Virus record (IMG/VR): IMGVR_UViG_3300020043_007152
Location: 1 to 57,793 of that record
Length of the DNA: 57,793 bases
Source: a virus
Lineage: Duplodnaviria > Caudoviricetes
Direction: 5' to 3' (one strand)
Shown here: positions 51,883-57,793 of the stretch, in pieces
Layout of the letters: every line of letters begins with the position of its first letter
Numbering within the stretch: position 1 is the stretch's first letter
Program-made: the position numbers and the translations under genes
Notes under the pieces: generated by a model
Seen by the model: only the letters and a program-made list of their open reading frames with translations
Told to the model about the DNA's origin: nothing
Databases searched by the model: none

Positions 51883-54486
51883 ATGAAAAGCAAACTCTTC
51901 CAAGCCATTGTCGCCGTCCTGCTGTGCCTTCAACTGACGGCGCTGCCTGCCACGCTGACGTATCCGAGCGGCACCAGGCACGTTTTCAGCCCATCGGCCA
52001 CCACTGCCGGGCTGAATGTTGGCACGCGCGCAGGAAACCCTTCGTCTCTCGTTAATGGGGACATCTGGTATAACAGCAGCACGGCCAGTCTGAACGCCTA
52101 CGTGGGCGGCAGTGTGGCCACTCTCAGCAATTTAGGCGTCTATGAAATCACTGGACTTGCTGCTGACAACTCAACAGACGACAGGGCTGCGTTCCAGGCC
52201 GGACTGGACGCCGCGGGAGTGCTGGCATCGGCATCCGGGACAAAAATCCGCGCTGTCTGCCCGAAGGGAAAGAAAATCAAAGTAGTCGTTACCGCCTACA
52301 CGCCGACCAGCGGAACCGTTGGCTACGGCGGGCTTGGCATTCCGAGTAACGTTATTCTCGACCTCAACGGCTCAACGATTGTCGGATACGACCTTTACAC
52401 CGGTAGCGGAGACGGCGCACTGATCTTCCCAAAAGGCTTGCACACCAATACCACCGACTACGGAGCAGCTTCCGGGTGGGGAGTGGAGAACGGGAGACTG
52501 GAAGTAAGGGCGCGAGTCATTGTAGGCGGCGCAACGGGAGTAACGACCTCCTCCAATACAATCACATCGAACGCTCACGGCTTGAGCAACGGCGAGCGCG
52601 TTACGATGGTGATTGCGACTACAGGACTCGCTCCGGTGACGGCGACCGCGGCAGACGACCTGCTCACCTACACCGCCCACGGGCTTGCGGATGGAACGCC
52701 TGTGGCGCTTTACTTCAACTCATCCGCCGGATATGGCGGGCTAACGTCAGGGACTCGCTATTTCGTGCGGGATAGCGCTGCGGATACATTCAAACTCGCG
52801 GCAACCAGCGGGGGCGCGGCAATTGACATTACTACGGATGGTCCGGGTTCTCAGCCTGGGGCGCAACTTCGCAAGACTTGGGGAGACGTGACGGTTGGGG
52901 GCACTTACTATGTCATCAACTCGACAACGAACACGTTTCAAATATCCGCCACCTACAACGGGAGCGCGGCCACTGTATCCGGCGGTGCTGGATTCTACAG
53001 TGTGGATGCGCGAGTCGGGAACTTGCTTGTTTTCTCGCAATGCCGCGACGTTACCTGGAAAAACTTGACGCTTGGGCAATGTTATTATCATGCGCTCGAA
53101 GTTCAGAGCGGAGACGGATTATGCGTGGAAAACGTCATCATTGACCCACAAAACATTCTTGCCAACGGGGCTCCAGAGATTCAATTCGACGTGGCAGGGA
53201 GCGCCGGGTTCCCTAAGAATAGTGGATTCACGCATACCCCATTGATGACCAATATTGTGTTTCGACGTGTGTATCTCCGCGGATTTCCTCCAAGCGACAA
53301 CGCCGGAACAAGGCGGATTGAGTTCGGGCACAGCGCCGGGGTGTGCCGTAATATACACATCGAAGATTGCTACTTCGACGGGCTGAAGGGCAGCGCTCTC
53401 ACGACGAGCGCCGGGGCACTGCACGCCTTTGATTGCAACACATCCGCCGCTGTGGCGCATGTTATTGACGGACTGACGTTGACGAACACCGTAATCAACC
53501 ACGACTGTATCCACGCATCCTCCGGTGCGTTTATGGCATCCACCGGGACAACGGCCAAGATCAATAACGTGCTTCTCGATGGGTGCGTGATTCAGGGCGT
53601 TTTTGGCGAGGGGATCAGCTTTGGAGGATTCTCAATATCCTCGCCCGCCGCAACCAGCCCGAGCAACCGAACAAACATGGTGGCCCGCAATTGCGTGGTG
53701 AAGATGGGGCACGAAACCACCGCGGGGTCTGCTTGGGATTTCCGGGCGCAGAACGCCTACGCCGTTCCTATGTCCGGTGGGACTATCGTTGCTTACACAG
53801 CTTGCCGCTGCGAGGATATAACCTTCGACAACTGCCGCGCCATCATGCCTACCACGTTCACAAACGCGAATCTGACGCTGCGCGGTTACTATGGGTTCTA
53901 CATGAGCAACAACACCAGCGCGACACTCCGCAACAATAGCGTGAGGTTCACGCATACGCTTGGTGGAAGCGTCCCGGCGGCTGGATATTTCTACGGCGGA
54001 AGGGGTAACATTGACGGCGTAATCACCACAGACACGCGGGATGCGCGATTTGTGCAGGATGGGTTCACGGTGGAGACGGCGAACGCGAGCAACTACAGGT
54101 ATTGCTGGGATGATGACACCGTAACCTCCGCAAATGCTTATCGCCTGTCAGGTTATAGGCGCGGAGTGATCTTCAAGTCCGCCGGGAGTAGCGCCGGAAA
54201 TGAGAATGACCTCATTTGGAACTTGGGCGAATACCGCGCTATCGCGGGGAGCACTGGTAGCGTGACGCAGAACACGATGGCCGGACAAGTTCAGTTTGCC
54301 GCTGCTGCAACCTCGCTCACGGTGACTAACAGCCACGTGCACGCGAACAGCATTATCACGGCCACCGTCGCCACAAACGACACCACAATGAAATCCGTCG
54401 CCGCAGTAGCCGGGACAGGGAGCTTTGTTCTCTATGCGGACGCAGCCGCCACGGGGACAACTAAGGTGAACTGGAAGATTGAATAA
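51883..54486 (+). CDS. Tailspike/fibre with pectate-lyase-like beta-helix
   Basis: STDDRAAFQAGLDAA, PSNVILDLNGSTI, repeated NIHIEDCYF-type strands; xHGL modules. Confidence 0.75.
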   Translation: MKSKLFQAIVAVLLCLQLTALPATLTYPSGTRHVFSPSATTAGLNVGTRAGNPSSLVNGDIWYNSSTASLNAYVGGSVATLSNLGVYEITGLAADNSTDDRAAFQAGLDAAGVLASASGTKIRAVCPKGKKIKVVVTAYTPTSGTVGYGGLGIPSNVILDLNGSTIVGYDLYTGSGDGALIFPKGLHTNTTDYGAASGWGVENGRLEVRARVIVGGATGVTTSSNTITSNAHGLSNGERVTMVIATTGLAPVTATAADDLLTYTAHGLADGTPVALYFNSSAGYGGLTSGTRYFVRDSAADTFKLAATSGGAAIDITTDGPGSQPGAQLRKTWGDVTVGGTYYVINSTTNTFQISATYNGSAATVSGGAGFYSVDARVGNLLVFSQCRDVTWKNLTLGQCYYHALEVQSGDGLCVENVIIDPQNILANGAPEIQFDVAGSAGFPKNSGFTHTPLMTNIVFRRVYLRGFPPSDNAGTRRIEFGHSAGVCRNIHIEDCYFDGLKGSALTTSAGALHAFDCNTSAAVAHVIDGLTLTNTVINHDCIHASSGAFMASTGTTAKINNVLLDGCVIQGVFGEGISFGGFSISSPAATSPSNRTNMVARNCVVKMGHETTAGSAWDFRAQNAYAVPMSGGTIVAYTACRCEDITFDNCRAIMPTTFTNANLTLRGYYGFYMSNNTSATLRNNSVRFTHTLGGSVPAAGYFYGGRGNIDGVITTDTRDARFVQDGFTVETANASNYRYCWDDDTVTSANAYRLSGYRRGVIFKSAGSSAGNENDLIWNLGEYRAIAGSTGSVTQNTMAGQVQFAAAATSLTVTNSHVHANSIITATVATNDTTMKSVAAVAGTGSFVLYADAAATGTTKVNWKIE

Positions 54487-54527
54487 TCAAAGCCCCTGCA
54501 CGCAAAACCAAAACCGATCAGCAGCCT

Positions 54528-55076
54528 ATGAAAACAATCACCATTCATCCCCTTGCCCTAAAAAGCCGCCCCATCACCCCCCCATTAAAAATCCTCAACT
54601 ACGACATTATGCCACTTGTGACCACCTTTATTACTCTGCCTGTCCTGCTTGTTTGGGCCATGATCCCCGTTGCCGGTGTAGTTGTGATGGCCGCGCCTGC
54701 CAGCAGCGATATTGCCGCCGTTCTTGGCGCTCTGTTCGCGTCCGGGATCGCGGTCCTTGAGGCATACCACCGGAAGCGCGACCTGTCCGAGAAGATCAAG
54801 GCATTCATCGGAGCCGCAGGCGTTGGCTCATTCTTTCCCGGCGTACTGGTGAATCTCGGTGTCTTGTGCGGATGGTATCAGCAAAGCGTTGTTGAAGGGA
54901 TTTGGTGGCAGGCGTGGGCATTCATGGGCTTGATTTGCGGCATGAACGCCTGGTGGATTATTCACAAGATCAGCAACCGCGCAAAGAGTCATGTGGAAGG
55001 GCTGTCTGACCGGAAACCCTCAGATTATTTGGCGGTTGAAGACTCCCCGGCAAGGAGCGAAGACGCGAAACCATGA
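54528..55076 (+). CDS. Holin-like membrane protein
   Basis: 3-4 TM helices upstream of endolysin; start may be 54609. Confidence 0.55.
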   Translation: MKTITIHPLALKSRPITPPLKILNYDIMPLVTTFITLPVLLVWAMIPVAGVVVMAAPASSDIAAVLGALFASGIAVLEAYHRKRDLSEKIKAFIGAAGVGSFFPGVLVNLGVLCGWYQQSVVEGIWWQAWAFMGLICGMNAWWIIHKISNRAKSHVEGLSDRKPSDYLAVEDSPARSEDAKP

Positions 55077-55486
55077 AGACCATCATCGTGCTTATCGTGG
55101 CCGCCTGTTTCGGCCTTTCGTCCTGTTCCAGCTTCCAAAGTGGAGGGGGCGGAACCGCTCTCACCACAGCGGCGGCATATCTCGGCGCAGCCAAGACGCT
55201 CGACAGCGCCAAAACGCCGGAATCGCGGGCGCGGAAAGCCAAACGGCTCACGGAACTGGCGAACGGGCTGGACGTGATCGCTTCCGGGAACGTGAGCCAG
55301 ACACAGGTGAAGGAACTGCTGGACCGCGTATTGCCGACCACGGAGCCCGAATGGGCGGCCCTGCGTATCGTGGCGCTCAGTTACTTCCCGCAAGAAGACA
55401 TTCCCGTGCATCACGACGCACGGGTGACAGCGGGCGCGAAAGCCCTCTCCGCTGGAATTCGCCTTGCTCTTCCGTCAGGAAAATAA
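55073..55486 (+). CDS. Lipoprotein (possible spanin)
   Basis: Signal peptide with lipobox LSSC. Confidence 0.65.
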   Translation: MKTIIVLIVAACFGLSSCSSFQSGGGGTALTTAAAYLGAAKTLDSAKTPESRARKAKRLTELANGLDVIASGNVSQTQVKELLDRVLPTTEPEWAALRIVALSYFPQEDIPVHHDARVTAGAKALSAGIRLALPSGK

Positions 55487-55498
55487 CCGCGTTGAAGC

Positions 55499-56041
55499 AT
55501 GAAGCCTCCAAGCTACCTGGGCAAAATATCACCCCTGCCGCGCGTCATCACAGAGGCGCTGCGCCTTGTCGGCGTCTCCGAAACCCTCGGCAGCGAGAAT
55601 AATCCCGTCATCATGGAATGGCGGGATGAATTGAACCGGGCCGGGAAGGAGATTCACGGGTTCTCCGGCGATGAAGTGGCATGGTGCGGACTGTTCGCCG
55701 CCATTGTTTGCCACCGCGCCGGGAAAAAAATTGTGAAGGAGCCTCTTTGGGCGAGAAATTGGGCCAAGTTTGGCGTGAAGTCTCCCGCGCCCAGCCTGGG
55801 CGATGTGATGGTCTTCCCGCGAGGGAATGGCGGTCATGTGGCGTTCTACGTGGGCGAAGATGAAGAAGCCTGGCACATCCTCGGCGGGAATCAGTCTAAC
55901 TCGGTGAACGTGACGCGGATGCCAAAGGCACGCGGACTTGTCGCCTGCCGACGCCCCATCTACAATAATATGCCCGCCACGGTGAAGCCCTACAAGCTCG
56001 CCAAAAGCGGTTCCCTCTCCAGCCCACTAACCGAAAGCTGA
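55499..56041 (+). CDS. TIGR02594-family NlpC/P60-like endolysin
   Basis: DEVAWCGLFA, ARNW, GHVAFY, LGGNQSNSV. Confidence 0.9.
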   Translation: MKPPSYLGKISPLPRVITEALRLVGVSETLGSENNPVIMEWRDELNRAGKEIHGFSGDEVAWCGLFAAIVCHRAGKKIVKEPLWARNWAKFGVKSPAPSLGDVMVFPRGNGGHVAFYVGEDEEAWHILGGNQSNSVNVTRMPKARGLVACRRPIYNNMPATVKPYKLAKSGSLSSPLTES

Positions 56042-56042
56042 C

Positions 56043-56327
56043 ATGCGCCATTTCTATCTCGCCCTCGCCATCATTTTGGGGCTCTGCCTCATCTTCCTAG
56101 CGGTCATTCCGGGGGGAATAGCGATGTGGATTACCCGCGGCATCTTCTTTGTCGGGGCATTTGGCGCGCTCGGATGCTGGCTGGACGCCCGACTGGAGCA
56201 CCGCCTCAAAATCGAGGCTCTGCGTGAACGTGAAACATTCCTCCGCGCCAGAGAAGAAGACCGGGCGCTGGTCGCCGGCATGAGACTTCAGCGCATGGCT
56301 GCCGCAAAACCTGAGAGCGAAACGTAA
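56043..56327 (+). CDS. Two-TM membrane protein
   Basis: Hydrophobic N-half; lysis region. Confidence 0.6.
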   Translation: MRHFYLALAIILGLCLIFLAVIPGGIAMWITRGIFFVGAFGALGCWLDARLEHRLKIEALRERETFLRAREEDRALVAGMRLQRMAAAKPESET

Positions 56328-56401
56328 AATCCTCTTTCCAATCCCCGCAAACGTGTAAATTCACGGCGACCAAACCAAATCCAACCAACATCCTTACACC
56401 T

Positions 56402-57034
56402 ATGTCTCCCAACGGAACTTTTAACACGGAAGGTCATACGACTCTCACATTCAACCTCGGCGGCAGCATCGGGCAAGGTCCATCGCCAGCGATTATCCTC
56501 GACAAAGACGGACTGCGGGCGGCATCAAATCTGGTCATGGGCGTTGGCGTTCCCTACGGGCAGTTGAGCCTTCCTGCCATCTTTGCGACCGGTGGAGTTC
56601 AGCCGGATGCGACCACTTACGGCACGAATACAACTCCTGTCACTACGGAGGGCTATGTTGCACAGATTTTCGTTCCGCATGGACTGGAAAGCACCGGGTT
56701 CCGTCTCCTCAACGGCGATGCCGTTGCCGGAAACGTGGTTGTCGGCCTTTACGACAGCACCGGGAAGCGGCTCGCATCGGCTGCCGCTACCGCCCAATCG
56801 GGCACCGCTGCATTCCAATCGTTCGCGTGGACCGCTCCTGTCAAAATCCCAGGCCCCGGCCATTATTTCGTCATCGTGATGTTTTCCAGCACATCCGCCC
56901 GTTTCCGCACCCATACTTTCGGCGGATTCCGTGCAGGCAAGCTCACCGGCCTGACAGCCGTCACCCTGCCAACGCAGATGACTATCCCGTCAGGCTTCAC
57001 CGCGAGCCTCGGCCCGGTCGGCACGCTTTACTAA
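56402..57034 (+). CDS. Putative structural protein
   Basis: G/T/A-rich beta protein; VGLYDSTG. Confidence 0.65.
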   Translation: MSPNGTFNTEGHTTLTFNLGGSIGQGPSPAIILDKDGLRAASNLVMGVGVPYGQLSLPAIFATGGVQPDATTYGTNTTPVTTEGYVAQIFVPHGLESTGFRLLNGDAVAGNVVVGLYDSTGKRLASAAATAQSGTAAFQSFAWTAPVKIPGPGHYFVIVMFSSTSARFRTHTFGGFRAGKLTGLTAVTLPTQMTIPSGFTASLGPVGTLY

Positions 57035-57056
57035 GATTGTGTTAGTGTGTGAATAG

Positions 57057-57094
57057 ACCGGCGGGAGGGTTTGGTAGTTCTTCCCTCCCGCCGG
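57057..57094. terminator. Strong hairpin
   Basis: ACCGGCGGGAGGG...CCCTCCCGCCGGT. Confidence 0.55.
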
Positions 57095-57113
57095 TTGAGG
57101 CTTTCCTTCCGCC

Positions 57114-57793
57114 ATGAACCAAATCACCGAGATTCAAACGCCAGGCATCGGCACGCAGGCCGCGCAATTCATCAAGCGTGAGCAGAACTACCGCCGCGCC
57201 ATCAGCAGCCCGACTGCGCAAGCGAATCGTATGGCGGCAACAGGAAACCCGCTTCCTATAGCGGAGCAGAAGCAAGCTGGAGCGCCAGGCGCACAAGGCG
57301 CGCCATCATCGCCCTACCGGCGCAAGCTCACGCCCGAGCAAGGCATCGCTTTCACGCGGAAGCGTTCAGCAGCACTCGCCAAGAGCCTTGAGCGTCCCGC
57401 CGCCGCCGCTCCTGCCGCGACGACCACTGACCCCAACGCCGGGCTCCAAAACTTCGCCCGGCAGAAGCTCGGCGGAACCGAATTTCGCATCAATCGCCGC
57501 CATCCCGCGCGCGAGCCGAAAGCCCGCATGGGCGAGTTTGCAGGCATGACGCCAGATCAGGCATCAATCGCCGCGGAAAACCAATACGCCGGACTGAGCC
57601 CCGCGGAGAAAACGCAGTGGGCCAACCGCAGCGACGCGCTCCGCAATCCGGTAGCGCCACCGCCCGCCGCGCCTGCTCCCGCGCCGCGTTCAACTGGCGT
57701 CATGGACACACTGGTCAACCTTTTCCGTGGAGGCAGCGCACCCGCTCCCGCCACACCTGCGGCCCCCTCGCCGCCGACAACCGCCGCACAACC
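57114..57793 (+). CDS. 3'-truncated A/P/Q-rich protein, possibly internal virion protein
   Basis: ATG 57114 MNQITEIQTPG..., open to the window end; absent from track because it has no stop. Confidence 0.65.
   Translation, partial: MNQITEIQTPGIGTQAAQFIKREQNYRRAISSPTAQANRMAATGNPLPIAEQKQAGAPGAQGAPSSPYRRKLTPEQGIAFTRKRSAALAKSLERPAAAAPAATTTDPNAGLQNFARQKLGGTEFRINRRHPAREPKARMGEFAGMTPDQASIAAENQYAGLSPAEKTQWANRSDALRNPVAPPPAAPAPAPRSTGVMDTLVNLFRGGSAPAPATPAAPSPPTTAAQ

Noticed and set aside
1-57793. Diversity-generating retroelement, retron or tyrosine integrase
   Set aside because: No reverse transcriptase or tyrosine recombinase motifs in any ORF, and no TR/VR pair seen
1-57793. Stop-codon reassignment
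   Set aside because: Core genes are intact in the standard code and TAG terminates several genes

Overview
A ~58 kb piece of a GC-rich tailed dsDNA phage (or prophage) genome, cut inside genes at both ends. It contains: a 5'-truncated giant DarB-like polyvalent protein (>4200 aa), a structured-RNA cluster (13.0-13.7 kb), terminase large subunit, RuvC-like resolvase, Bet/YqaJ recombination genes, a DUF1376 initiator with iterons plus a DnaC-like loader, an IS1-like transposase, exonuclease, SSB, portal, scaffold, major capsid, tail/spike and lysis genes. The main discovery is three arrays (20.4-21.9, 29.1-30.4 and 35.1-39.4 kb) of integron-like cassettes, with nine complete attC-like hairpins and six attI-like sites but no integrase in the window. 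The genes lie antisense to the canonical attC orientation and usually start inside their attC. In 12 of 13 cases they reach the crossover AAC as an in-frame Asn and take their stop codon from the neighbouring site. Second highlight: an RNA resembling the 23S rRNA L11-binding/GTPase-associated centre (H43-H44) with a 127-nt insertion, next to a tRNA-shaped RNA with a long insert. All calls come from reading motifs by eye; no searches were run.
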